The notes beneath the pieces were generated by a model. That model did no database searches. It had not been told where the DNA came from and saw nothing but the letters and a program-made list of their open reading frames with translations. A DNA stretch of 63,042 bases, counting the filler, from Trypethelium eluteriae (Eukaryota): assembly GCA_051942245.1 (NCBI GenBank). It is 5 parts of 5 records of this genome, joined end to end, with 100 filler letters (N's around TTAATTAATTAA, not from the genome) between each part and the next. Parts side by side here need not be neighbours in the genome. Positions count along the whole stretch, not along the records: positions 1 to 12,625 come from JAVECL010000765.1; 4 more parts are not named here. One strand, 5' to 3'. Positions 1-12,625 of the stretch are shown here, piece after piece; the first letter of the stretch is position 1; each line of letters opens with the position of its first letter. The translations under genes were made by a program, and so were the position numbers.

Positions 1-1024
1 CCCTCGACCGCCTCCTCGCAATCCACCACCCCCCGGGGCTCCCTGACCCTGCTCGACAGCAGCGGCACCCCCCGGGCCCTCATGAACGCCGAAGAGCTGA
101 CCGCCTTCCGCACCGCCCTCGCCTCCGTCATGATCTTCAAGAAGCGCGCCTCGGTGCACGACATCACAGTCTTCGGGGCGGGGAAGCAGGCGTATTGGCA
201 CCTGCGGCTGGCGCTGCTGCTGCGGCCCGACGAGGTGCACCACGTCAACATCATCAACCGCGATTTCGAGCGGGGCACGCGCATGATCCGAGCGCTGATG
301 AATCCGATGGAGGATGAGGGGGGCTCGAGCGCGGACGTCGTGGTGCAGGTGCCCCGGCGGGCGAAGTTCAGTCTGTTGACGCCGGGGCATCATGAGTATG
401 AGCGGTTGTTGAAGGAGCAGGTGAGGAAGGCTGGCGTGATTTTTCTGACGACGCCGAGTCTGACGCCGTTGTTTCCGGCGGAGTTTTTGACGAGTACGGA
501 GGGGAGGAGGAAGGGGAGGTATATTGCTGCTATTGGTAGGTTGTGAGGCTGGGGATTCGGAGGGGATATGTTGGCTGATATGTTGAATAGGGTCATACAA
601 GCCGCATATGCTGGAGCTACATCCAGATGTGCTGAAGCAGGCAGTCGCGCCGCAGCATGATCATCGCCATTTCCATAAGCATGCGCCGACTGGTGGTGCG
701 GTCTTGGTAGACAGTGTGGAGGCGTGTCTGAAAGAAGCAGGAGAAGTCATCCAGGCAGGGTTGAAGCCCGAGGAGGTGGTAGAGCTCGGCGAGCTGGTTA
801 TGCTGAAGAGGGATAGAGAGAGGAGGAGGGCTGAGGCAGGAGAGTCTGGAAAAGGAAAAGATGGTATGGAGCTGCAGGGAGATGGAGGTTTGCAGGAGTG
901 GTTATCCAAAGGGAATGTCATATACAAGAGTGTGGGACTGGGCCTGATGGATGTTATCACCGGTGGAGAGCTTGTAAGAATCGCCGATGAGCGTGGAGTT
1001 GGGACGAGAGTGGAGGGATTCTAG
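1..1024 (+). CDS. Ornithine cyclodeaminase/mu-crystallin family protein (5'-partial)
   Basis: Motifs NAEELTAFRTALAS, Rossmann VFGAGKQA and YKSVGLGLMDV. Intron 536..590 (GTAGG..GCTGAT..TAG) joins IAAIG to SYKPHMLELHP. Confidence 0.85.
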
Positions 1025-1188
1025 AGAGAGCCTACATCAGTAGAGGAGACATAGCTGGCTTTCGAGTTTGCTAACTGATCAAGGCGTTGGTTGACACAAT
1101 TACGGTGGGTCTATGAGAAAGTCATGATCAATCATAAGATAGAATAGGTTGGTACGCTTCACATCATATTCATGTATACATCAACATC

Positions 1189-2017
1189 TCAATGTTTCTT
1201 CATGTCAGCCATCCAAGATCGGGTTGACTTGGCACTTTCATGGGCAGACTTAAACACTTTATCACGAACATGGTTAGCATTGGCATTTCGAAGTTGGGAA
1301 GTGTGGAATCTCTGAGACCTACATTGTCTTTCAGTCTCATCTAGGCCTCGCAAGAACTCGGCGCCCTCACCAAGCGCCCCCCTTGGATTGTGAGCTTGAT
1401 CAGCTATCTCCGCAGATCTTTTTTTAAAGGTCTGAGCCAGAAATAGTCAGTCAATCTGTGGATGAGGTTTCAAAAGAGTGTCACACCTCTGTCAGAATGT
1501 CTACCATCTCCTCTTCTTCGAATAGTTCTAGCATTCGGGCAGCGAGTGCGTAGAAGTGTGGAGCTTGAGCACGAAGGTCAACTGTCCTCGGGTCTGCCTT
1601 CAAGGCATTCATGACACGCTGCGAAAGTGCTGCAGGGAGATCAAGGGTCACCAGAGCGCCCGTACTCGTAGGCTGACTGGGAAATGGCGTCAAAAGCAGG
1701 GCGAAGACAGGGAGGACAATTCCATATGTACCTCACTGCCAACATCTCCCCAAGCCATAAGGGCAGCTCGACTTTGGTTCCCCTTTTTAACTAGTTGCGC
1801 CTGTCAAAATCCTTAGGATATATAGAGCTGCTGCACAAGTCGGACTCACATCCCCGCCTGTGTTACCGTCGATGTATCCCAATCCGGGCACATTCAGCTC
1901 GAATTGACAGGGAACTTTCTGGAGGCCTTTGTAAGCAGAAGTCCATGGAAAAGGGGGCCAATTTTCATGATGAAATACCTGGGCGTCGGTTAGGATGGCA
2001 TCGATATCGTAATACAT
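1189..2017 (-). CDS. PSF3: GINS complex subunit Psf3 (multi-exon)
   Basis: Exons read MYYDIDAILTDAQ / KVPCQFELNVPGLGY / ELSSLPLWLGEML / LKADPRTVDLRAQAPHFY / FLRGLDETERQ / FKSAHESAKSTRSWM. Stop at 1189-1191. Confidence 0.92.
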
Positions 2018-2234
2018 TGCATGAGCTATGGCGGGCCAACTCGAAGGCAGTAGGTTGAGCCACTAGCGAGCATTTGTGGCGATGAGTTGCCGGTAGGCAG
2101 TGAGTTGCGTGTTCCGCGCCTGCCTGGGAACGTTGCAGTTAAAATGATTGATGACCGTCAGGCTACTGCATCACTTTTTCTCAAGCCGTGAGCTGAAGTC
2201 GCTGAGCCGAGTCCTGCAACTTCACAGTGCCCGG

Positions 2235-2265
2235 CGTCGTATTTACGACGCGTTGGTCGCGCGTC
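2235..2265. promoter_or_regulatory. MCB-like cell-cycle elements upstream of PSF3
   Basis: ACGCGT at 2248-2253 and CGCGCGTC at 2258-2265, about 230 bp upstream of a DNA replication gene. MCB boxes are the established G1/S element in ascomycetes. Confidence 0.5.
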
Positions 2266-2815
2266 TGAAGACTCTTGTGTTTTTCGGTGCTTAATTCCAG
2301 CAACATGTACGTATCGCTGGCTCAAACACCCTAAGCAGTGCAAGCATTAGTCAGATCCAAGCTTCCTTCACCCCGGTCCCTTCGAGAACGCATCCTTGGC
2401 TGATTTCATTGGGAAAGCGGATTTGGTAGAAGCTCGTATGCCCTACCAGCAACACAACCACCGACTGCCTTCATCCACCCTTCACTACATCCACCCCTCG
2501 TTCTTAGATTGCCACCTCATGCGCTTATGACACTTCAGTCCTGCGTTCTTGGTGTCTCTAATTCTTCGACGCACAGAATCCTCGTTGCCTGCGACGCACA
2601 AAACTACCTAACACGGCCCGAAGGTTGAATCGTGTTGAGGTACAGTATTAGATTTAGCTCCGCCTATTACCTGGGGTAAATACGCCCGACAACGAACCTC
2701 CCTAATACAGTCTCTGGCCCTAGAAGCTGACGCTTGCGCTTTGCAGTCTCCGTTCTGTCTTCTGGATACCTCTCCTCTCATCCTTGGCGCCTAAGCGCAA
2801 CACTAGCCTCTATCG

Positions 2816-5800
2816 ATGGCTCATGAACGAGCGAGGGAGCTGATCAGTGCCCTTGAAAACGCAACAGCTGGAAATGATGTTTCAAGAGCTACTTCACCTG
2901 GAGGCGAATGGAACGAGGCAAATGGGTCCGCAAATGGTGTGGATGCCGAGGAGCATGGTAGAATACGTCCGAGGACTTACCCCTACGAAAGATATCTCCC
3001 TTATCCTACAGAACCACAAGAGGAGAAGAGGCACAATCTTGCAGAATGCATAGAAGAACTGTACATTGCTGTATCTGCCGGCGATTTCTCCCCCGGTGCT
3101 GTACATTGGACGCGAGAAATACGAGGCTGGCTTTCGCTCAAATTTGACCTCACGCGAACCCAGCGAGTCAGACTAGTCAAGCTCTACTATGATTTAGCAC
3201 TGGCTCCCGGTCTTGATTATGCCGTGTCTGAGAGATTTGCAAGCATGTTCATGGTCCTGACGAAGTGAGCCATAACGATTCCGCACTATGCTTCTCTACC
3301 CGATCGCTAACATATTGCAGGCGGAAGCACTACCTGAGACCCGGGAAAGACCTCATTCTCGATTGGCGACCCTTATACAAAGAACTCAAGGTTTTTGTGA
3401 TGCCGGGTGAATCTGCGACGCAAAATACTGGCATGGTCAAGCGCAACGTACGGACCCTGACAAAGATGTGCACTTTTGCGCAACTTTATTTCGAGCCGAA
3501 GGAGGTTCATGCCATGCTTGAAGAAATGCTGCCCTACTTCAGCACTTCGTTTGCCGAGGGAGCTTACATTGTGGCTGGACTCTTGAACCTTCTCCTTCCC
3601 ACAGCTCCTGGACCTCCTGACGATCCTACCTTACAGCCGCAACACTTCCTACCTACATTATTCCACATATGGTCTCTGGTGAATCGCTCGAGAGTCTTCG
3701 ATGTCCACTTTATAGACATTCTGTCTCGGTTCGCTCGCGATTCGCTCCCCGCCCAACACATCCCTTGGTCCGAATATGGTATATACACGCCTGAGCAGTC
3801 TGAATTGATCTTTACGGCCATCTTGAGGCTACTCGAAATTCCCGTCGGGCAATCCACGTCTCCGTACAGCACTACTGTGGATGTGACTGCTGGTAGTGCT
3901 CTGTATCTCGAACGAGACCAGCGAAAGCATCCCACGGCTCACTCCATTGCTCGATGGATTGTCATGTCCTTGTCACCGGCCAGCATGGAAGAGCCGGAGT
4001 CAATTCTGACTAAACTTGAGGGTCTATTGCAGGCGGTTGAAACATTTTTCCATCCATCAAACTCAGGGTCGTGGACCAAGACTCTCTCTCAGCTAACTTT
4101 CTATTTGGCGGACTTCTTCGTCATGAGATGGAACCGCGAGCGTAATGGGGAGATGGAAGTTCCACCAGAGAGGCGCTTGAACGAAGCGATAAAGAAGCGA
4201 TTCGTTCTTTGCTTGCGCGATGTGATATTCATGGGCATTTTCGCAAAGAGCGGAACAGCCATGACATTCTCGCTATCCACACTCCAAAGTCTGGCATACC
4301 TTGAACCTCAGCTTATTCTTCCAGGTGCGTTGCAGCGTATCTACCCTGCTATGCAAGGCCTCGTTGAAGTCCATCGCACCATCTCCTCGATACGTTCACT
4401 CCAAATGCTTTCAAAGATGATGGCAAGGACCAAAGGCTTTAGATGTCACATAACAACACTCCTAGGTCTGGCTCTTCCCGGTATAGATGCCAACGATCTG
4501 GACAAAACACTCAACACCCTCTCCTTCATACAAGCAGTGTGCTACAACATACCACTCCATGATCTGACCAAAGAGAGCAAGGGCAATTTAACCAATGGTA
4601 ATGCGGAGACTAACGGTGCAGATAAGATGGAGACAGAAGATAGTGAACTTGGTGATGAAGCAGTGGGCACCGGTATTGCCGAGAAGTGGATCACTGAACA
4701 AGTTGATCGGTTCGAAACAGAGGGGACTGGCGTCGACATCGACTATGAAAAGGAATTGACAGACAAAGAGGAAGAGACGATTTTGGCTTCCTCAACTGCG
4801 GGGTTTAATGAGTTTATTATCGCATTCTTGGGCAGAGTCTTCACCCTTCTAGACAACCTTCCGGACGCCTCGAGAGTTCGCAGCGGATCTCCGGAAGAAA
4901 ACGTTGTCAACACCTTACCAGCGACATTCACACCGCTTCTTGCCGCCCTCTCTCCGGAGCTGTACGACACAGCACTCAACAAGATCGCATCTTTTGTATT
5001 GAACCACGTCATAAATCAAGCTAGAGATGCGGTCGCATTCATTTGCAATGCGGTTGTCAAAATCAATCCGAAGAAGGCATTGGCAAGACTGTTACCTGAC
5101 CTGATTACCGGTATTCGGACGGAGATAGAGGACAACGGTGCAGGCTCTTCCAGGACAACAGGCTCCGAAGTCCTTCCAAGGGATAGAGCGTTGGTCTGGG
5201 ACATCAGCTTACTTAGCATGTGTGTTGTGCATATCGGGGACGCGGTGCTTGATTACAAGGAGGAGCTCTTGGATATTGCAGATTACATGCAGAAACGCTG
5301 CAAAGGCATCCCCACCGTCCATGTCTCAAATTTCATCCACCATCTCCTTCTGAACCTGACCGGCATCTACACCGTGGATTATGCTTTGTATGAAAAGCAT
5401 GAACTTGAGCGAGGACTTACGCCGAAGGACTGGGGTAAACCGACCGATCCAAGGTCCTTGAACATCGAGTGGCATCTTCCATCACCAGAAGAACTCACGT
5501 TTGCATACGAGCTATTCGAATCGCAGGCACAACATGCTATCAATGCTTTAACAGAGCTGACTGGCGATAACCCATCGATCAAGCGTGACGGTACTGGAAA
5601 GGACTGGTCAGACGAGGTCTCAAGGAACTTGACACTGCTTCGACTCATCATCTCTGGTATCTCAGTGTTGTTCGATGTTCGGCATCCCAGCATTTCACCC
5701 AAGAAGGGGGCCAAATCGCAGGAGACGGAGCTTGATTCTACCCAAAGTGACGACGCCCTCTACGAAGAGCAGCTTTGGAATACATTCAGGTGCAAGGCTG

Positions 5801-8800
5801 GATACCCCCTCCAGAGTCCGGAATCAAAATACAACGCGACGGGACACGAGCAGCTACATAAGACACGAATCGCTGCTGGCGAAGTGCTTCATCGAGTTCA
5901 CCAATTTCTGACGGAGAAACAAGAAGACGACGTTCAATGTTTCAATGCTCTGTATATCACGTACCGATCGTGGTTTATTGATGTTGGTATTGAACGATCA
6001 GCACATGTTCTAGATAGAGTCACTCGTCTCCTTACTGCGGACATACATCCTTACAAGTTCAGTGGAGCAAGGAAGGAATATCCACGGCCTCTTCTAATTC
6101 GTCGAGCTGGAGTCTATCACTTACAACGGCTCCGATACAATTCATCTCCTCGTAAAGCAACGGAGCTCGATAAAGTGCTACTGCTTGACCTTGCGCAATC
6201 TTCCATGTCGGTTTATACCGAAGTCCGTCGAACAGCCCAAAGCGCTAGCGAGTCTGCGGTCAAAAGTGTCATCGGAGCCAGGACTCTTATTATTCCCAAC
6301 CTCCTTGAAGCCTTTGAGAAAGCAGTGAAAGAGACAGACTTTCCACGGATAAAGGCTGCACTATTTTCACTACTTTTTGGGAGCCTGGCCAAAACCATTG
6401 CTCGTAACTGGAAGTTTGCGCCGTCTCTTATCAAAACATTCATTGAGGCCACTGGAGCAGATAAACCATCGATTCAGAAGCTTGCACAAAACGCTACGTT
6501 TCAGATCGTGGACATGAGTAGACCGCAGGAACGTATGGTCATTCTTGACCAGAACAGCGTTGACGAAATCCTACCCTTCTTTGTCAATCTTGATGGGCGC
6601 TCAGAGAGCTCGTGGGAAGAGAACTCAGATGCCGTCATTAGTGCTAGACGCGACAAAGTGAAAAAGAAGCGACAAATAGCCGAGAAGAAGAAGGCAGAGT
6701 TGGCTAAAGATCTCCTTGAGATAACTCGCAAGTCGCACTGGAAGAAAGCTGCACGCACGGCTGGAATCGCTATTACGCTTGACGTTCGATTCGATCACAT
6801 ATCTACCAAAGGCATGCTAGACCTCGTGACGATGGGTACAATTGACCCTCACCCCAACCTTCGCGCGTTATATGCCAACTCCTTGGCCGCCACTTTTGCG
6901 CTCATTCAAAGCCGAGCTTGCGTACAGCACAAATTTGAAAACTATCTGCTTGACAAAGACTGCTCTCCTGACAGACTTCAAATCACGACGAGAAGCGAAG
7001 ATCCTGACTGGACGAAGAAATTCCTGCGTGGTTTTGCGCAACCCGAAGCCGAGTACTATGTGGATTATGACTACCCTGGATGGCTTGTATGGGGTAAAAC
7101 CTTCAAAGCTTACGAGACTGATTCCAGTCCACTCGAATATGATGACGTTGAGAAAGACATACGAGGTCACATTGCCAGCATGATGGACCGTCATTGGTTT
7201 TCAACCTACTTTGGATTTATGAAACAGGAGCCACGAGATCAAAGTGCGGATAGATTCAGAATTACCAGCACTGTCATTCTCTCATACGCCTTCGATCTTG
7301 TATTTGATGGAGTAAGCCCTGCTAATTGGGAGGACATCAAGGATCTCGTCAGAGCAGTCTATGGTGATGGTAGTGATAAGCACCAGCATCGGGCTACAGC
7401 CGAGATAATGGCAGCTCTGTTGTCTGTTGCAGCGGACCTGAAGGTCGAACTGCGAACTGTAGTGTGGGAATTCGTATTCGACATTGTGCATTCGGTATTC
7501 CAAGATGGTCTCACTCCAGAGAACGAGGCTTATTGGAGCTCATTTGTACATGTTGTCTTCAACGGCAGGGATCCGCGACGAAATTGGCCTCTTCTGGACT
7601 GGCTTGCAGCCTTCAGGCTAGACATGAGCTCAAATGCAGCCTTCAAAGAAAGCTCGAAGATCCACCTCCTCCAGGTGTGTGTTCTCACAATTGGCTGGCA
7701 TTTCCAGCTTGACAAGCCGATCACTCAAAACTTTTTACAACACCTTGACCATCCTTACAAAGGTGTTCGGGAAGCAATGGGAACGACACTTGCTACTATC
7801 AACCGTACCAGGCATCATGAATCATTCCCTGATGTTCAGAGCTTGGTTCAAGCACAAAAGAAGTCGTCATCAATTGGCATCAGACCTTATGAGCCATCAG
7901 AGGAATTCTCAACGAGGATCAGAGACGTCTTCGAAAGGTTGGAAGTTTGGCGACAGGCCCGCCCTCCAGGACAGCAAACTCCTTCCTCTTATACATCCGG
8001 AAGTAAAACCGTCCTCCTTTGGCTTGACACAATCCTCGCCTCGCATGAATGCACCCAGCTCGTCAAATTCTTTCCCGACGTCTTCATGGAACAACTCCTT
8101 CACATGATGGACATCAAAGAAGACCCAGAGCTCCAATCCCTCGCCTACCACGTCTTCCGCCACCTCCCCAACATCCCGCATCGCGCCGGCGAAGACGCCC
8201 CCTTCGTAGCCGCTCTCATCCGCATCGGCCGCACCAGCACGTCGTGGCACCAGCGCCTACGCATCCTCATCAACATCCAAGTCGTCTACTTCCGCCGCCT
8301 CTTCCTGATGTCGCGCGCCCAGCAACGCGACCTCTTCGCCTGCGTCTCCGCCATGCTCGGCGACGTGCAGCTCGAAGTCCGGCTCGGCGCATCGGCTACC
8401 CTGTCAGGCATGATCCGCTGCTCGCCCGCGGGGTTCCGCGCCGAGATGGTCGACGAGCTGAAGCGCAAGTTCACGGACATGCTGGTCGAGAACCCGCTGC
8501 CGAAGCGGAGGCCCGGTGGTGGTGGTGGCTCAAACACAAATCCCGGCACGCCGACGCCCGAGCAGAATCGCTTGATCTTGACGCGGCATGCGGCGGTGTT
8601 GGGGCTGGGCAGCTTGATCAGCGCGTTCCCGTATACGAGTCCGCCGCCGAGTTGGCTGCCCGGGGTGCTGGCGACGTTGGCGGCGAAGGCGTCGGCGGAT
8701 CCGGGGATGGTGGGGAAGAGTGTGAAGACGATTTTGTCGGATTTCAAGAAGACGAGGCAGGATACTTGGCACGTGGATGTTAAGGTGAGTCATGTTTAGT

Positions 8801-8906
8801 ATACATGTGTTTCGAGTTGTATAGATGCTAATGTGATGTCTAGGCATTCGAGCCCGAGCAGCTAGAGGATCTGGAAGGGGTTCTGTGGAAGAGCTATTTT
8901 GCGTGA
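2816..8906 (+). CDS. BLM10: Proteasome activator Blm10/PA200
   Basis: About 2000 aa HEAT-type protein. Introns 3265..3320 and 8785..8843. Contains ETFFHPSNSGSW, PGIDANDLDKT, FKKTRQDTW and the C-terminal HbYX-type ending LWKSYFA. Confidence 0.96.
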
Positions 8907-10024
8907 AAGTACATCCTTAGAAGTGGTATACGTTAGCTCCTTGGTTCATTAACGGCTGTGTATTAAGTAATTCATCTGACGAATGGCATCTTGGTTCAGG
9001 CTTGCATGTGAAGACTGGCTTGGGAGGACGGGCGCAACGGAGCTGTTGTGAAGGGAGGCAAGCGAACCCATGCTAGCATAGGTGGCGTTGTTCATTGATA
9101 GCATTAGATACCAAGGTCGATGAGAATGCATCAGAAATATCTAATTTTATTGCGGACCATATATATGAGATATGATAGATGAAGACCACCTTGCACATGC
9201 AGATTCCTTTCTTATTAAGGCATCATTAGAAAGAGTAACAGATGAAACATCATTATATGCAGGATATCTACCATCACGGCACATCCATTGGCCGGCTCAG
9301 ATTATCACTCAGATGACCTAAGGAAGATTCGTACAAAAACAGTGAGATTCAACCCAATTGTTGAACCATCTTCGTGGTTCAAGTGTATCGAGGAAACGCG
9401 CTCATGAGTCTGTTCTCGATGATAAGCGCCGGTCAGAATATTCTTTATCATTCACCCTAGCCCTCGGATGTTCATTAGTGGTGTACATATGCTAAATGCA
9501 TTTGATTGTCGGGCAGGAAGTCATCAATTTCTTTGCTCATAGCCCCATGGCTGATGCGAAGCAAGTAACGCTTATTAAGAGAGGACTAGAATAGGTGAAT
9601 AGGAGTCGAATTGTGCTAGGGCCATTAATTAGTATCAATTTCCATCCGCTCAGCAAATCGAGTGGATGAATGAAGTGGAATATTGACGCAATAGATATGT
9701 CTATGCGCTAGAGGTCAAGGAGGTCTATGCAAGCTGACCCGTGTGTCGGCCACTAGCTAAACCTGTATGTGCTGGAAAATCTCATCAGTGCTGCTACTCA
9801 AAGATTTTACAATTATAGAGAGTGGTCCCCGCAGTACGACAGCCAGTTCTCGTTGAGGTTGAAGGCTTGCAAGGACGCACTGGCCAGTTCAGGACCCTGG
9901 CTCTGGCTCCGAAAGGACTTCTCCCAAGAACCCGGACCTGGCCTGCCATTTTTCTCTCCATCAAGCTTGCAATTCCTGTTTCCACACACTCCCAATTGCA
10001 TCAATTGCAGCTCCATTGACCATA

Positions 10025-10836
10025 ATGGGGCTGTCCGATTTTTTCTCCGACATCTACTCTTCGCTGACGATTCAATCCGTCCATGCCGAGGAGCCCAATG
10101 CCCAGCCGTCAGGTGAACTAAATAGCGGCTCCACCACCTCAGGCGAACATGGCGGGATGCAGACGGCACAGCAGCGAGGTCAAGCAACCGTGAGAGGTGG
10201 CGCGAGCACACAAGGTTCGCCTGTCGCTGGTTCCAACGAGGAGACTCCTGGAGAGAAGGAGGCTAACAAGCGGGACATCAAAATAGGAGGAGAGAGCGAT
10301 GAACCAGGCCACAAACCGGGAGCTGGCGGTGAAGGATCTGGACAGATCGGACCGAAATCTGGGACTGGGAGCAAGGGTGGCGATGATGAAGCTGAGGAGG
10401 GCGGTGAGGAGGAAGAGAAGGGGGAGGAAGAAGAGGGTGGCGATGAGGAGGAGGAGGAAGAAGAAGAGGAAGAAGAGGAGCCCGAAGACCTTATGCCAAA
10501 GCTTCACGAAGGTTCGCATGTTGTCTTTTCATTGGATACAGTGTTGCCTCAACGCAGATGCTACCTTGATGGAGTTTTACGGACGCTGATAGACCACAGA
10601 TTGTGAACGCACGAAGGAATGTGCACCACTGAAGCACCACTACGACGAATGCGCCGAGCGAGTCACGCAGCAACATGAAGAGCACGGCAAGGCACATGAA
10701 GACTGCGTTGAGGAGTGTAAGTCGCGTTTACGCTGTTCTAACTATCTCGTCGCACAAGCTAACGCTCCAAGTTTTCCACCTGGCCCATTGCGCCTCTCAG
10801 TGCGCAGCTCCCAAATTATTCAGGCAGCTCAAGTGA
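10025..10836 (+). CDS. QCR6: Cytochrome bc1 complex subunit 6 (hinge protein), with long N-terminal region
   Basis: SVHAEEP, a poly-Glu tract, then after an intron (~10512..10599) ECAPLKHHYDECAERV..EDCVEE and last exon FHLAHCASQCAAPKLFRQLK. Confidence 0.92.
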
Positions 10837-11380
10837 GATTTTTTAAAGCCGCATTTCGCTCACCGGGTTCTCTCAAAGACAAGATCGGGTCTGTGTCTAG
10901 CGGCAAAAGGATTGTTGGACATGGCCAGCCCAGCTGTACAGTTTTCATCTCGATTCAGCATGTCTCGGCCTGCACGATGACTTGGACTCAATTCCAAGGC
11001 TGAAGCAATCTGTAATGTAGTAGAAAATGCATGCATAGATATTTTAGCATCACAGACCTGAACTGCCTTGACCACTTATTCGGGGTCCTCGGTGTAGCAT
11101 GCGAGTTGGGCACACGGTCAGCCAATCCGAGGCCAGTGACTGGGATTCGAAGGTGGCGCGGGAAGGTGCAGGGATGAAAGGCGGCGGCTAGAATGCAGGA
11201 AACAGTGCATCCCATCCAATCACTGCTCAACCACCACCTCAATCACCACGCTGTCTCGACATATATCACCATGGACCCCTCTCCATTACTGATGCCGTCT
11301 TCTTCTTCTTCTTCGAAGAGTCCTGTGTCCCTCAGAGTGCGTTCGCCATTGCGAACCATTCTACTGCGAACCTTTCGAAA

Positions 11381-12322
11381 ATGCTCAGAGCTGGGATAGC
11401 TTCTCTCCCGAAGACTCTTCTGCTCTGCATTGTCTTCCAATCCGTCGGCGCTTCGCCAGGGCTTGACTACGGTCCAGCGCCTCCTCCAGCTCAAGGTCCC
11501 CCATTGTCGGCGCATGCATCCCGCAACAAGAACCTCCTCCCTGCTCAAATCTGTGGTATCGTAGGAGCATATCTCTTCACCATCTGCTTCCTCGGTTCGG
11601 CCCTGCTCACCTTTGGACGACGACTCCGCCGTGCTGCTCAGTCCTCTCGAGGTACCCTCGCCGTAGAGATGGTTCGGCCAAACAAAGGCCTCGAGATCTC
11701 GCCTATCTCACCAACTGAAAGCAAGCGCTCCTGGGTCTGGAGCCCTAAAAAGTTCGGACTCAGAAAACCTGAAAAGAGCGGTACTAGCAGTACCCTAGGA
11801 AGCCCGACTGCAGAAAGTGTCGCCTCATTTGACAGAAATGTTATAGAGCAGGATATGCAGGCACGGCAACAAGAGATGGAAAGACTGTATGCCGCTGTGA
11901 TGGAGCACGATGCCAAGAAAGCCTCCAGTGTACAGCTCAACGAAGAGCCGACCGAAATACCGGCCTCAAACGGACCCAGACAACCTCTTCATGTCATTAC
12001 GAACCCGGCCGTAGCAAGGCTCGCCGGACAACCTCAATTGAGTCCCCATAGCCCTCACAGCCCCCGTAGTCCGATACGCGCCATCTATCCCCCAGACAGT
12101 CAAATCCCTGAGGGTCCAGTCAGTCCATCAAGTCCCATCCGCGCCGGTCAAGCCCAACCTCCTACCCCAATTAGTCCTACAGGCCGTACCACCTATCCAC
12201 AGAATTCTCGTCGAAGCCGTACATCCTCACTAGGCTCATCGGGCAGCAAGAAGAGCCGCGGTCTCCGCAACCTCCGCATCTCCGCCCCCATCCCAAAAGT
12301 CGAAGGTGAAGACGACGAACGC
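11381..12322 (+). CDS. Hypothetical fungal single-pass membrane protein (signal peptide, TM, Ser/Pro-rich tail), 3'-truncated by foreign sequence
   Basis: Hydrophobic N-terminus, TM segment QICGIVGAYLFTICFLGSALLTF, EMERLYAAVMEHD and SPxSP repeats. Composition changes abruptly after ...EGEDDER (~12322). Confidence 0.7.
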
Positions 12323-12369
12323 GACGGCGGGGACCGCGAGCCCGAGCTTCATCAGCCGGCTCGCCTCCC

Positions 12370-12625
12370 TCATCCGGTGACCTGCGCGAGAGTGAACAGG
12401 ATCCCGAAGCCCGCCGCCCACAGCCAGTACCAGTTGACGAGCCGGCGGGCGATCGGCGACGGCCGCAGCAGCGCCCACGCGTTCAGGCCCAGGCCGGCGA
12501 CGACGTGCGCGTGGTGGACCGCGAGCAGCGTCAGGTAGCTCGAGCCCCAAGCGCTGGCCTGCGCGTGCACGTCGGGCAGCACGTCGGCGAACGACCACAC
12601 CTGCACGCCGAGGTAGGCGGCCAGG
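12370..12625 (-). CDS. Bacterial-type cytochrome c oxidase subunit III C-terminal fragment (probable contaminant or chimera)
   Basis: Reads LAAYLGVQVWSF..ASAWGSSYLTLLAVHHAHVVAGLGLNAWALL..NWYWLW, matching the COX3 pattern (YGSxF..GxHxxHV..YW). Almost all third positions are G/C. The stop overlaps the next start as ATGA (MREASRLMKLGLAVPAVAF). Confidence 0.7.

Noticed and set aside
8049..8783. 244 aa Arg/Pro-rich overlapping ORF and antisense ORFs within BLM10
   Set aside because: By-product of extreme GC3 (few stops in alternative frames). No protein-like features.
12323..12538. C-terminus of the 385 aa ORF as genuine fungal protein
   Set aside because: It is the antisense reading of the bacterial-type COX3 fragment.
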